Notes: generated by a model from the sequence alone, not told the origin. 64,000 nucleotides of DNA from Thermodesulfobacteriota bacterium (GCA_049320885.1 JBMORA010000047.1:14754-78753); one strand, 5' to 3'; counted from the first letter of the stretch, positions 8,939-19,419 are shown. Translations and numbers: made by a program.

Positions 8939-10387
8939 ATGAAAGCCGACATCGTTCCGGAATTCGCCGTTCTCGGCCACCCCAATGAAGGAAAATCCTC
9001 CGTGGTGTCCACCTTGTCCGAGGACGACAGCGTCATCATCAGTCCCGTTCCGGGAGAGACCAGCCAATGCCGCGTTTTTCCGGTAACGGTGGACGGACGG
9101 GAACTGATCCGCTTTACGGATACGCCGGGTTTTCAGCGGCCCGGCGACACCCTGGAATGGATCCGGGCCTACACCGGCCCGCCGGAGGCGATGGTCCGGA
9201 CCTTTATTGAAAGCCACCGGCATGACCCCGAATTTCAAAGCGAATGTGAATTGCTGACCCCGCTTGCCGGAGGCGCCGGCGTGATTTTCGTGGTGGACGG
9301 CTCCCGGCCGGTCCGGAGAAATGACCTTGCGGAGATGGAAATACTGCGGCTCATCGGCAGTCCGCGTATGGGGATCATCAACTGCAAAACCGACGTCGAG
9401 GAATATCTCCCGGCGTGGAAAGCCGAATTCGGCAAGTGTTTCAATGCGATTCGGGTTTTCAACGCTCATCATGCCCTGTTCGGCGAACGAATTCGGCTGC
9501 TGGAAAGCCTGAAGGCCATCGATCAGGACAGCCAGGAAGTTCTGGAAAACGTGATCGCGGCCTTTCGGCGGGATTGGGGCCAGCGCATCCGGACCACGGC
9601 CGCGATTATCTGCGATCTCATCGAGCAAAGCCTGCGCCATGAAACGGTGGGAAAATTTCCCGTGACTCCTCCCGATGATTCGGCAAAGGAAGCCCTGGAG
9701 CGACGGTATCGGGAGGAAATCGGCGTCCTGGAAAAAACCGCCCATGACAAAATTCGTCGTCTTTTCAAACACAATATTTTCAACAAGGACCTGCCGGCCT
9801 GCTCCATTATCAACGAACCCCTTTTCAGCCGGCGTACCTGGCAGGTGCTGGGGCTGAAGCCGGGACAACTGGCGGCCGCTGCCGCGGTGGGAGGCGGACT
9901 GCTGGGAGTCAAGCTGGATCTGGCGACCGCCGGTATTTCATTCGGCGTCTTCACCGCCATTGGCAGCGCTTTGGGAGCCGGCGCGGCCTTGTTGTTCGGT
10001 GAACAGGCTGCGCGTGCCAGACTGGTGGGCCTGCGACTCGGCGGTTATCTCATCCGGGTGGGACCGAACCGCGGCATGCAGCTTCCGTTCATTCTGCTGG
10101 ATCGCGCCCTGATTTACTACAGCCACATCAGTAACTGGGCCCATGGACGACGGGAAGATCCGGGGGCCGTATCTCCGGACCGGCGGATCCAGGAGAACCC
10201 GGGGAAAGCAACGGCGGCCTGGTCGCCCGAACGCCGGAAAATCTGCGGTCATTTCATCCGGGCGGTCCATTCCGGCGGAAACGGCGGGGAGCGTTTGGCC
10301 ATTGCCAGGGAAGAGATGATGAAAATGCTCCAGGACATTCTGGCGGAATTGTCCGGGAGGGAGAAACGGGAGCCGCTTCAGCGATAA
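8939..10387 (+). CDS. GTPase with DUF3482-type C-terminal domain
   Basis: G1 GHPNEGKS, G3 DTPGF, Gly/Ala-rich hydrophobic hairpin. Confidence 0.82.
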   Translation: MKADIVPEFAVLGHPNEGKSSVVSTLSEDDSVIISPVPGETSQCRVFPVTVDGRELIRFTDTPGFQRPGDTLEWIRAYTGPPEAMVRTFIESHRHDPEFQSECELLTPLAGGAGVIFVVDGSRPVRRNDLAEMEILRLIGSPRMGIINCKTDVEEYLPAWKAEFGKCFNAIRVFNAHHALFGERIRLLESLKAIDQDSQEVLENVIAAFRRDWGQRIRTTAAIICDLIEQSLRHETVGKFPVTPPDDSAKEALERRYREEIGVLEKTAHDKIRRLFKHNIFNKDLPACSIINEPLFSRRTWQVLGLKPGQLAAAAAVGGGLLGVKLDLATAGISFGVFTAIGSALGAGAALLFGEQAARARLVGLRLGGYLIRVGPNRGMQLPFILLDRALIYYSHISNWAHGRREDPGAVSPDRRIQENPGKATAAWSPERRKICGHFIRAVHSGGNGGERLAIAREEMMKMLQDILAELSGREKREPLQR

Positions 10388-10397
10388 TATTGCTGGA

Positions 10398-10426
10398 GGT
10401 TCTGGAATGGTTCTGCTATGGTTCTG
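10398..10426 (+). repeat. GGTTCTG x3 at 11-bp period upstream of the radical SAM gene
   Basis: Copies start at 10398, 10409, 10420. Confidence 0.55.
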
Positions 10427-10538
10427 GCCGATTATCGGTTCCAGCCGGTTCCAGGCCGGTGAACCGCGAAAAGGGATGCGTATATAGTCTGTGAATGGTT
10501 ACCATTCAGATGATAATTCAAGGAGACCGTCCGGAAGA

Positions 10539-12053
10539 ATGAAAATCGCACTCGTGACGCCCATTAATAACGCAACCGGCGAGAAAAGTTTCTATGATTA
10601 TAAATTCATCACCGATTTCATCTGGTCGAAAAAATATTTTTCCTATCTTCTGGCCATCCCGGTCTTGATCTCTCTCACGCCCGAGGAACATGAAATCCGG
10701 GTTTTTGATGAAAATATCGAACAAATCGATTTTCATTGGAAAGCGGACCTGGTCGGCATCAGCATCCGGACCATGTACGCCACCCGCGCCTATGAAATCG
10801 CCGATCAGTACCGGCGCCTGGGAATCAAGACCGTTTTGGGCGGGATTCACGTTTCCATGTGCCCGGAAGAGGCGCTGGAGCATGGCGATGCAGTGGTGAT
10901 CGGCGAAGCCGAACATGTCTGGGAAAATTTGCTGGAAGACGCCCGGCAAGGCCGGTTGCAGAAAACATATATATCTCCCGCCAAGGTCGACCTGACGACA
11001 TGCAAAAAACCCGGGCGCCACCTGCTTGCGCGGGAGCGCTATTTTTCGGATATTGTTCAGTCCACCAAGGGTTGTCCGTTCGATTGCGAGTTTTGTTCGG
11101 TGCATGCCTACGACGGGCAGCAGATTCGTCACAAAACCGTGGAGCAAGTGCTCGACGAGATCCGGGATATCCACGATTCCAGCGCCACCTATAAGAAAAA
11201 ATCCATTTTTTTCGCCGACGACAATATCATCGCCAACAAAAAATTCGCCCGGGATCTGTTCACGGCCTTGAAGCCCTATCGCCTTAACTGGTCCTGCCAG
11301 GCTTCGATCAATGTCGCCCGGGAAAGGGAATTGCTGGAGCTGATGAAAGCCAGCGGTTGCGGAGCCATCCTGATCGGCTTCGAAACCATCTCGCGGGACA
11401 ACCTGGCCATGATGGGCAAGAACGTGAATCTGAAAAACGACTATATCGAGGCCATCCAGATTATCCAGTCCTTCGGGATCATGGTGCACAGTTCCTTCAT
11501 CATGGGATATGATTTCGATACACCGGCCGTATTCGACGAATTAATCGATTTTATCAACCAGACGAATCTGCTGATGCCCCTGATCAACATCCTGACACCT
11601 TTCCCGGGAACCAGGCTGTTTCACCGGCTGGAGCAGGAGAAACGCATCCTCCATAAGGACTGGGGCCGCTATGACGGCAAGCACGTGGTGTATAAACCGG
11701 TTCATATGGAACCGGATGAACTGGAAGAAGAATTCAAACGGGTGGTCCGCGGGGTTTATTCGTTCACCGCCATCAAGAAAAAATTACAATACTACTGGTC
11801 CATTGATTTCTGGCGGCATTCCAATGAGGTGGATCCCATTCGTTTCCGCTACCGGCTGCTGTTCGCCTTGCGTCTCAGCACCCTGCTTTTTTCCGGTGAC
11901 GGAATCCGGCGGCGGTTCATCCTCTGGGTCCTGCCCCGGGTATTTCATCCAAAAGTCCGCATTTCGACCATTTTGACGCTCATGGCCTATAATGATTTTG
12001 CTTTTGACGGCCTGACCACCACCGGTGTCCGGAAGCGCAGGGCCCGCGACTGA
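10539..12053 (+). CDS. B12-binding domain radical SAM protein
   Basis: VLGGIHVS and IGEAE in the cobalamin-binding domain; CPFDCEFC; FFADDN; LTPFPGT. Confidence 0.92.
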   Translation: MKIALVTPINNATGEKSFYDYKFITDFIWSKKYFSYLLAIPVLISLTPEEHEIRVFDENIEQIDFHWKADLVGISIRTMYATRAYEIADQYRRLGIKTVLGGIHVSMCPEEALEHGDAVVIGEAEHVWENLLEDARQGRLQKTYISPAKVDLTTCKKPGRHLLARERYFSDIVQSTKGCPFDCEFCSVHAYDGQQIRHKTVEQVLDEIRDIHDSSATYKKKSIFFADDNIIANKKFARDLFTALKPYRLNWSCQASINVARERELLELMKASGCGAILIGFETISRDNLAMMGKNVNLKNDYIEAIQIIQSFGIMVHSSFIMGYDFDTPAVFDELIDFINQTNLLMPLINILTPFPGTRLFHRLEQEKRILHKDWGRYDGKHVVYKPVHMEPDELEEEFKRVVRGVYSFTAIKKKLQYYWSIDFWRHSNEVDPIRFRYRLLFALRLSTLLFSGDGIRRRFILWVLPRVFHPKVRISTILTLMAYNDFAFDGLTTTGVRKRRARD

Positions 12054-12215
12054 CGATGACGGGAGCCGCATACTCGACAAGCTCCCGACTTCCGTTTCCG
12101 GAGTTTACCATGAAAGGCGCCGGGAAGCGGATGAATACGAAATTTTTTATTTGTTACGGATGGTTATATAATAATGATCTGAAAACGTATTTTACGAAGC
12201 GATGGAAGGTATGAT

Positions 12216-12863
12216 ATGATATCCCGACTTGGTATCAACCTGTCGGAATCGGGTTCAAAATACAGATTACAGGAGCCGATGATGATACGACAAGAAAAGC
12301 GGAAAAAATTCTACCAGAAGCAGGTCGCCCTGTATAAGTCCATTTTCAGCTTTTTCATTTTCGTCGGGCTGGGCATTTCCCTGCTGACCGTTTTTTACAG
12401 TTTTTTCGTCACCAATGTCGTGAAATACCTGATTGATCGATACCGGATAGAAGCCGCATCGGGTCCGATGATGTTGCTGGGCTCCCTGCTCGGGAGCCAA
12501 TGGTTTTACATTGTCCTCGGGGGCGTTTTGTTGATTATCCTGGCGACGTTCTTTACCCACCGTTTCGCCGGCCCCCTTTTTCGGTTCGAGGTGTCCCTTG
12601 AGCGTATGATCAACAAGGATTTCACCGTCCAGATCAATCTGCGGAAAAACGATGAATGCAAATCGCTGGCCGACAAATTCAATCAGTTCAACAGTCGGAT
12701 GTCCTCCAGTCTGAAAACCATGCGTTTTCTGGCCGAGGAAATCGCAAAGAACAACGCGAGGCTGCGCAATGATTTGGGCGGTCGGGCCCATGACCTGCTG
12801 TTGGAAACGAACGACCTGAACGAGCGCCTACGCAAAATGATCACTGCTTTCAAACTGGAATAA
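12216..12863 (+). CDS. Small 2-TM HAMP-domain protein
   Basis: Two TM helices, THRFAGPLFRFE, LRKNDE...LADKFN HAMP, short coiled coil, no output domain; start uncertain. Confidence 0.75.
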   Translation: MISRLGINLSESGSKYRLQEPMMIRQEKRKKFYQKQVALYKSIFSFFIFVGLGISLLTVFYSFFVTNVVKYLIDRYRIEAASGPMMLLGSLLGSQWFYIVLGGVLLIILATFFTHRFAGPLFRFEVSLERMINKDFTVQINLRKNDECKSLADKFNQFNSRMSSSLKTMRFLAEEIAKNNARLRNDLGGRAHDLLLETNDLNERLRKMITAFKLE

Positions 12864-12930
12864 GTCGGATCCCGCAGGATCGATCCGGACGGAATGATTT
12901 CAGCCCTCAACATGGATTGAAGATAGTGAA

Positions 12931-14811
12931 ATGGGTATGCTGAAGACATACAAACCCGCCTTCTGTCGCGGCTTCCTTCTGTTGATGCTTCTCGTATGCT
13001 GCGCCTGCCCCGGGAAAACCATGGGGCCCGGTCCGTACCCGGAGGAAGAGTCAACAAATATGGTGCTGGTGAAAGCCGAAAAGCGCTTTCAGGAAGGCCT
13101 GTATAAACAGGCCCTGGAATTGTATCAGGATTATCTCGCCATGCACCCGGACAGCCAGATGGTGCCTTCGATCCTGCTGAAAATCGGGGCGATTCATTCG
13201 GCGGCCGGGGAATACGAAGCGGCCCGGGCCGCCTACCGCCGGATGATGGAAACCTATCCGGAAAGCGGTTTGATCCCGGACGCCAAGGTGAATGTGCTCG
13301 CGGCGTACTACCAGGAGGGCCGGTATCCGGAGGTGATCGAAGAAAGTGAAGCCCTGGACGACGGTTCCATTCCTCCCATTATACTGATTCGGAAATACAG
13401 CCTGGTGGGTGATGCCTACCTCTCGATGGCGGAGTACGGTCTGGCGTTCGAAGCATTCGCCCGGTTTTATGAGCTGACGGACGCCGCGGGAAAACAGCAG
13501 GTAATGAAAAAGCTGAAAACGATTTCCCGGCGGATGTCATCCAGGGAAATGTCCCAACTGGCGGCGAAGGCCAAGGATTCGGAACTCTATCGCGCGCTAT
13601 TGGACCAAATGGGAACCCGCGCCGACGGGTGGGCGTCTGCTGAAAAAGCCGTCCCGGTATTGACCCAGACCTTGCCGAAATCCCCCTGGATGGAGGAAAA
13701 ACGGGCCGGTGAAACCGGGTATGACCAACCGGCCATCGGTTGCCTGCTGCCACTCAGCGGAAAATATGAGGTCTTCGGCGCCAAAGCCTTGAGGGGCATC
13801 GAACTGGCCCTGGAAAAATACAGCCGCAGGAAAAACGCCGTTTCCGTTCGGATTGTCGTCAAGGATACCGAGGGGGATGTGGCCCAAACCGTTATGGGCG
13901 TCCGCGAGCTGTCCGCCGATCCCCATGTCGCGGCCATTATCGGCCCGCTGACCACCGCCCAGGAAGCCGCGATCGAGGCCCAGAAAAATGAAATTCCCAT
14001 CATCACCCTGACCCAGAAAAAGGATGTGACCCAGGCCGGGGAATATGTATTCCGGCATTTTTTAACACCTGAAATGCAGGTGCGGGCCCTGGTTTCCTAT
14101 ACCATGAGCGAACTCGGACTGAGGCGTTTCGCGGTGCTGTATCCGGATGAAAAATACGGCGCGACCTTCATGAATCTCTTCTGGGATGAGGTGGCGGCCA
14201 ATTCCGGTGAAATCGTCGGAATTGAATCGTACCAGGTGAACCAGACGGATTTTTCGGAACCCATCCGGAAATTGATCGACCCCAAAAAGCGGAAGACCGC
14301 CTCCGGGATCGATTTCGACGCCATTTTTATTCCCGAGGGCGCTGAAAAAGCCAGTATGATTCTGCCGCAGCTGACGTATTATGATATTGTCAATGTATAC
14401 CGGCTCGGAACCAATCTCTGGCATAACGACAAGCTGATGGACAGCACTCATCCGTATATGCAGGGCGCCATCATTCCGGAAATTTTTTTCGCGGACAGTC
14501 AGAACGAAAAAGTGAAGCAATTTGTCGAGCATTTTGAAACAACCTATTCCGAGAAGCCGGGTTTCCTCGAAGCGCTGGCCTACGATACGGCCATGATGCT
14601 TTTCCGAACCGTAAGCCGGCCGGGAGTAAAATCCAGGGCGGCGGTCCGGGATCAATTGCTGAGACTCGCTGATTTTCAAGGGGTGACAGGCCTGACGGGA
14701 TTCGACAAAGACGGTGATGCCCGAAAACAGCTGTATCTGCTGCAAGTCAAGGGGCAACAATTCATCGAACTGGGCCATGGCCGCTCAATGGCACCGGAAG
14801 ACGACGAATGA
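12931..14811 (+). CDS. LpoA-like penicillin-binding protein activator (TPR repeats plus periplasmic-binding-protein type I domain)
   Basis: Lipoprotein-like signal, TPRs, IGCLLPLSG, AIIGPL, ALAYD, FQGVTG. Confidence 0.82.
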   Translation: MGMLKTYKPAFCRGFLLLMLLVCCACPGKTMGPGPYPEEESTNMVLVKAEKRFQEGLYKQALELYQDYLAMHPDSQMVPSILLKIGAIHSAAGEYEAARAAYRRMMETYPESGLIPDAKVNVLAAYYQEGRYPEVIEESEALDDGSIPPIILIRKYSLVGDAYLSMAEYGLAFEAFARFYELTDAAGKQQVMKKLKTISRRMSSREMSQLAAKAKDSELYRALLDQMGTRADGWASAEKAVPVLTQTLPKSPWMEEKRAGETGYDQPAIGCLLPLSGKYEVFGAKALRGIELALEKYSRRKNAVSVRIVVKDTEGDVAQTVMGVRELSADPHVAAIIGPLTTAQEAAIEAQKNEIPIITLTQKKDVTQAGEYVFRHFLTPEMQVRALVSYTMSELGLRRFAVLYPDEKYGATFMNLFWDEVAANSGEIVGIESYQVNQTDFSEPIRKLIDPKKRKTASGIDFDAIFIPEGAEKASMILPQLTYYDIVNVYRLGTNLWHNDKLMDSTHPYMQGAIIPEIFFADSQNEKVKQFVEHFETTYSEKPGFLEALAYDTAMMLFRTVSRPGVKSRAAVRDQLLRLADFQGVTGLTGFDKDGDARKQLYLLQVKGQQFIELGHGRSMAPEDDE

Positions 14812-16127
14812 ACCTCTCGTATTATCCTTTCTACCGCCTGCTGACATCCGGCGCTTTTCTGCTCTTGCATCCGTTTCTTGCAGGGTTGCTGCGCATGTCC
14901 GGCGGGCGCGAAGCCGCCGGGAACCAACGGCTGGGTGAATACATGCGATCGCCGCTGGAAAAACCCCGGGGGCGGCCGCGACTATGGCTGCATGCCGCTT
15001 CCGTGGGAGAAGTGAGCGCGGCGGTGGGAATCGTCGAGGCGCTGCAAGCGGTCCTGCCGCAATGCGCCATCGTTCTTTCCACCATGAGCGTTCATGGTCA
15101 ACGAGTCGCCAAGGAGAAACTCGGCGGGCGCGTGACGATTGTTTTCGCGCCCCTGGATTTCGTCCGGACAGTGCGCTCGGCCCTGGACTTTTTCCAGCCG
15201 GACATCCTGGTCTGCGTGGAAACGGAAATCTGGCCGAACTGGTTGACCGAGGCCCAGCGGTCCGGCATCGGGACGGCAATGGTCAACGGCCGGATTTCCG
15301 TTCGTTCCATCCGGAATTATGTAAGAATCCGACCGCTGTTTCAACAAATCCTTTCCCGCATGAACGCCTGCAGCATGATCCGGCAGGAAGACGCCGACCG
15401 CATTTTACAACTGGGAGCCCTGCCCGAACGTGTTTTCGTGAACGGAAATGCGAAATACGATCCGTTGATCCGGAAAATCGCGCCGGAGGAGCGGGAGCGG
15501 TTCACCAGGCTGCTGAACCTGTCGGGAAAAGAGGCGGTATTTGTTGCCGGCAGTACGCGTCCATCCGAAGAGACGATCATTCTGGATGTGTATGAGAGAA
15601 TCCGGCAGCGGTTTCCGAACACCATCCTGATCCTTACCCCGAGGCATGTCGAGCGGGCCTATAAAATCGAAGCCCTGGTCAAGGGGAGAGGGCTGGCCTG
15701 TCAGTTGCGCACGGATCTGGATCAAAGCGGCCATCACCGGGAGGCGCCGGTGGTGATCATGGACACCATGGGGGAACTGCAATCCATGTACGGCATCGCC
15801 ACTGTTGTGTTTTGCGGCGGCAGCCTCGTGCCCCTGGGAGGGCACAATATCCTGGAAGCCGCTGCTTGGGGCAAGCCGGTCTTGTACGGCCCGCATATGG
15901 ATGATTTTTTGGATGCCAAGGAATTGCTGGAATCGGCGGGGGGCGGTTTCGCGGTCCGGGACGGAGACGAGCTGGCGGAAACGGCCCTGGATTTGCTGGC
16001 CCATCCGGAAAAAGCCGATGAGGCGGGACGGAAGGCCAGGGCGGCGGTCATGGCCAACAAGGGCGCGGCCCAAAAACATGCCGATGTGATTCTGGGGCTG
16101 CTGCGGGAGAACGGTTACAGGAAATAA
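14808..16127 (+). CDS. waaA: Kdo transferase
   Basis: WLHAASVGE, APLD, ETEIWPN, NGRIS, AGST, PRH, GGHNILE. Confidence 0.95.
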   Translation: MNLSYYPFYRLLTSGAFLLLHPFLAGLLRMSGGREAAGNQRLGEYMRSPLEKPRGRPRLWLHAASVGEVSAAVGIVEALQAVLPQCAIVLSTMSVHGQRVAKEKLGGRVTIVFAPLDFVRTVRSALDFFQPDILVCVETEIWPNWLTEAQRSGIGTAMVNGRISVRSIRNYVRIRPLFQQILSRMNACSMIRQEDADRILQLGALPERVFVNGNAKYDPLIRKIAPEERERFTRLLNLSGKEAVFVAGSTRPSEETIILDVYERIRQRFPNTILILTPRHVERAYKIEALVKGRGLACQLRTDLDQSGHHREAPVVIMDTMGELQSMYGIATVVFCGGSLVPLGGHNILEAAAWGKPVLYGPHMDDFLDAKELLESAGGGFAVRDGDELAETALDLLAHPEKADEAGRKARAAVMANKGAAQKHADVILGLLRENGYRK

Positions 16128-16206
16128 GGCGCTGTTTTTCCAAAACAGGGCGGGCCTTCGTTATCGTTGGAGCTGGTTGCAACCATCACAAAAAGGAGAT
16201 CGGTAA

Positions 16207-16674
16207 ATGATTCGCAGCGGAAGAGACAATCACGGTTTCACCCTGATCGAGCTCATGATCGTTATCGCCATCATCGGTATCCTGGCGGCCATCGCCATTC
16301 CCAATTTCATCGCTTACCGGAACAAAGCCTTTTGCAGTGCCGCCGAATCGGACGTCCGCAGCATTTCAGCCGGGCTTGGGGATTATTTTTCCATTGCGGA
16401 GCATGCGACTCTGCCCACCCAGGCCGCGGTCAGTGAAATCATCCTGGCGTACGGCAATAACAATTTTTCAGTTCGGTTGAGCCGCTTCGGCCAGGCCACC
16501 GCCAATACGGGCACCGTCAGTGGCACCGTGGACAATATCTATATCACCGTCACGGATGGAAGCGGCAGATGCCCCGCGGATTACCGACTGGTGAACCGGA
16601 ACACCTGGACCGGTGAAGGCGGCGCCGCGGATGGATCGGATTGGGTGGCCTATAAACGCATGATTCTTGAATAA
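16207..16674 (+). CDS. pilA: Type IVa major pilin
   Basis: Class III signal G/FTLIELMIVIAIIGILAAIAIP; AGGAG RBS; two Cys. Confidence 0.88.
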   Translation: MIRSGRDNHGFTLIELMIVIAIIGILAAIAIPNFIAYRNKAFCSAAESDVRSISAGLGDYFSIAEHATLPTQAAVSEIILAYGNNNFSVRLSRFGQATANTGTVSGTVDNIYITVTDGSGRCPADYRLVNRNTWTGEGGAADGSDWVAYKRMILE

Positions 16675-16693
16675 CCAACAAGAATGGAATTGT

Positions 16694-18016
16694 CTACTCG
16701 TTTTTCAGGGAGCCCTGCCCGGTGGACTCGATGACCGTTCTCCAGAGTTTGCCGTTTGGATTCACATGCTTGCGTTTTCCGGCCGAGGATTCCATGGGAA
16801 CATGCACAAAATGGTTGTTCCAATGGCCGATGAGCAGCTTGGTTTTTCCCGCCATTCCGGCATGAACCGCATCCCGGCCGAGAAATCCGCAAAAGACGCT
16901 GTCGTTGGCATTGGCGGGCAGGCTGCGGATCATGTAGCTGGGATCGATGTATTTCAAGGATACTTCCATATTCCTGGCGCTGAAGTACTGATTGATTTTT
17001 TCCTTCAGAAACAAGCCGATGTCCTTCAGCTTGATGTTGCCGGACGCATCCCGTTCCGCATCCATGCCTTCAAAAAATTTCTGCCCCGCGCCTTCGGCGA
17101 CCACGATCACGGCGTGTTTCCGGGACTCCAGGCGTTTTTCCAGCTTGGTCAGAAAGCCGTTGGGGCCCTCGAGATCGAAATCCACTTCCGGAATCAGCAC
17201 GAAATTGACTTCCTGCTTGGCGAGGGTGGCGGTGGTGGCGATGAAGCCGGAGTGGCGGCCCATCAGTTTGATCAAACCAATGCCGTTGGGGTATCCCTCG
17301 GCTTCGTTATGGGCCCCCTCGATGGCCTGGGTCGCCACATCCACGGCGGTTTCAAAGCCGAAGGAACGGGCCACGAGATAAATATCGTTATCGATGGTTT
17401 TGGGAATGCCCACCACACTGATTTTCAAGCCGCGTTCCTGAATGTTGTCGGCGATTTTGTTGGCGGCCATGAGCGTGCCGTCTCCGCCGATCATGAAAAG
17501 GACGCCGATGTTCATCCGCTCCAGACAATCCACGATTCCGTCAATGTCTTGGGGGCCTCTGGAGGAACCCAGAATGGAACCGCCCATGTCGAGGATGTTT
17601 TCAACCCGCCGGGGAGACAGTTCCATCACATCATGGCCGAATTCGGGAATGAAGCCCTGCAGGCCATAACGGATGCCGTATATGTTGCGGACTCCGTAAC
17701 GATAGTAAAGCTCGAGCACGATGGCGCGGATGATATCGTTCAGTCCCGGACAGAGCCCCCCGCAGGTCACCATCGCGCACCTGACCTTGCTGGCATCGAA
17801 ATAGATATGGCTGCGCGGACCGGCCAATTCAAAAGAGGGAACCGGTTGCCCCGCGGCGATATATTCCAGCACCTTTTTTTCGTCGACGAACAGCAGCACG
17901 CGGTCCTCATCGGAGACGAAGTGATCCTTGGTGGTGTCCATTTCCTTGTGCAGCGGGGAGGGAATTCTCGCCGGTCCGATGCTGGATACCGTGGTATCGA
18001 AGGTTTCCAATTTCAT
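16694..18016 (-). CDS. pfkA: 6-phosphofructokinase, probably ATP-dependent
   Basis: TCGGLCPGLN, GGDGT (Gly typical of ATP use), PKTIDND, MGRHSG. Confidence 0.92.
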   Translation of the reverse strand: MKLETFDTTVSSIGPARIPSPLHKEMDTTKDHFVSDEDRVLLFVDEKKVLEYIAAGQPVPSFELAGPRSHIYFDASKVRCAMVTCGGLCPGLNDIIRAIVLELYYRYGVRNIYGIRYGLQGFIPEFGHDVMELSPRRVENILDMGGSILGSSRGPQDIDGIVDCLERMNIGVLFMIGGDGTLMAANKIADNIQERGLKISVVGIPKTIDNDIYLVARSFGFETAVDVATQAIEGAHNEAEGYPNGIGLIKLMGRHSGFIATTATLAKQEVNFVLIPEVDFDLEGPNGFLTKLEKRLESRKHAVIVVAEGAGQKFFEGMDAERDASGNIKLKDIGLFLKEKINQYFSARNMEVSLKYIDPSYMIRSLPANANDSVFCGFLGRDAVHAGMAGKTKLLIGHWNNHFVHVPMESSAGKRKHVNPNGKLWRTVIESTGQGSLKNE

Positions 18017-18065
18017 AATTACCTCTTTTTAAAGGTTTTTATTTCATATTGACGCTGACGGCGAT

Positions 18066-19040
18066 CTAACTGCCATTGAACTTGAAGGCGCCTTTGCCGA
18101 GAATGTCGTGCAGATGTAAAATCCCTTGAATCACATTGTCCGGATTCGTCACCGGAAGAACCGTGATTTGATACTCCTCCATGATATTCAAGGCGTCGTA
18201 GACCGGTGTTTCCATGCCGATGGTGAGAGGGGTGGGGGTCATCACCGCTTCCACCGTCAGGCTGAGGATATCGTTCCGTTGGGTGATGATCCGCCGGATA
18301 TCGCCGTCGGTGATGATGCCGGTGAGAACTCCTTTTTCCGCGACAACCAGGACGACTCCCAATTTGAGCTGATTGATGATCGCGAGAGCCGTTTTCATTC
18401 CGCTGCCGGCGGGGATTTTCGGCACATCGTCGCCGGTCAGCATGATATCGGTCACCTTCAGCAGAAGCCGCTGTCCCAGTGCGCCGCCGGGATGAAATTT
18501 CCTGAAATCGCTGAGGTTGAATTTCCGCTTGTTGATCAGGGTCACGGCCAGCGCGTCGCCCATGGCCAGCACGGCGGTGGTGCTGGCGGTGGGCACCATG
18601 CCGAGAGGGCAGGCCTCTTTCTTGACGCCGACATCGATGACGATATCGCTCAATCGGGCCAGGGTGGAAGTGGGCTTTCCCGTGAACGCGATGACCTTGC
18701 AGCCGATTTGCCGGATGTTGGGGATCAGGACGTTCAGTTCATCGGTTTCACCGCTGTTGGAAATGGCGATGAGGACGTCGTCCCGGCCGACGATGCCGAG
18801 ATCGCCGTGCATGGCCTCCACGGGATGCAGAAACAGGGCCCTGGTTCCCGTGCTGTTCAACGTGGCGACGATCTTCTGGGCGATCAGACCGGATTTGCCG
18901 ATGCCGGCCATGACGACGCGACCGTTGGAACGATAGATCAATTCCACCATGTGGGCGAAACTGTCGGATATTTTTTCCACCAGATCGAGAATCCCCTCGG
19001 CCTCGATTTTCAATACTTCCTTTGCTTGTTCGACAATCAT
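18066..19040 (-). CDS. kdsD: D-arabinose-5-phosphate isomerase (KpsF/GutQ; SIS plus two CBS domains)
   Basis: GIGKSG, HPVEAMHGDLG, SNSGET, FHPGGALG. Confidence 0.93.
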   Translation of the reverse strand: MIVEQAKEVLKIEAEGILDLVEKISDSFAHMVELIYRSNGRVVMAGIGKSGLIAQKIVATLNSTGTRALFLHPVEAMHGDLGIVGRDDVLIAISNSGETDELNVLIPNIRQIGCKVIAFTGKPTSTLARLSDIVIDVGVKKEACPLGMVPTASTTAVLAMGDALAVTLINKRKFNLSDFRKFHPGGALGQRLLLKVTDIMLTGDDVPKIPAGSGMKTALAIINQLKLGVVLVVAEKGVLTGIITDGDIRRIITQRNDILSLTVEAVMTPTPLTIGMETPVYDALNIMEEYQITVLPVTNPDNVIQGILHLHDILGKGAFKFNGS

Positions 19041-19078
19041 GGAGATATCGTTTCCTCTATATAAGGTTGAAATTCACA

Positions 19079-19116
19079 AAAATACTATTGACAATCGAAA
19101 AGTCAATATTTAATAT
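19079..19116. promoter_or_regulatory. Overlapping divergent sigma70 promoters
   Basis: Plus strand TTGACA(19088)-17-TAATAT; minus strand TTGACT(19106)-16-TATTTT; together they form TATTGAC-N9-GTCAATA. Confidence 0.55.
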
Positions 19117-19212
19117 CGCAGACCGGATTTGGATTATGCCGGAAGGTCGGCATGCATGTAAAACCAAACGTCCGGTGAGTATACACCAAATCATTGCGTG
19201 AGGATATAAAAA

Positions 19213-19419
19213 ATGGGAAATATAACCGAACTTTGTAAAGGCTGTGAAAAAATCGATCCGAGTGATAACTGCATGATTTATGCAAATCCGTCCGCCCAGA
19301 TGCGTTGGGTCGGCGGTCAGTCCAGGCTGGGCTGCGCCTTCAATCGCAAGACCCATGTGGTGGACAAAGGGCCCCAGGTAAAAACCCGCGTCGGTCAACA
19401 GAAACAGAAAAAGAAATAA
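19213..19419 (+). CDS. Small Cys-rich PxxKW-family-like protein
   Basis: CKGC...CMIYANPSAQMRW...C with a basic tail; GAGG RBS; own promoter and terminator. Confidence 0.7.
   Translation: MGNITELCKGCEKIDPSDNCMIYANPSAQMRWVGGQSRLGCAFNRKTHVVDKGPQVKTRVGQQKQKKK

Noticed and set aside
16125..16185. sigma54 promoter for pilA
   Set aside because: Candidates have GG-N8-GC spacing or CC at -12, not GG-N10-GC
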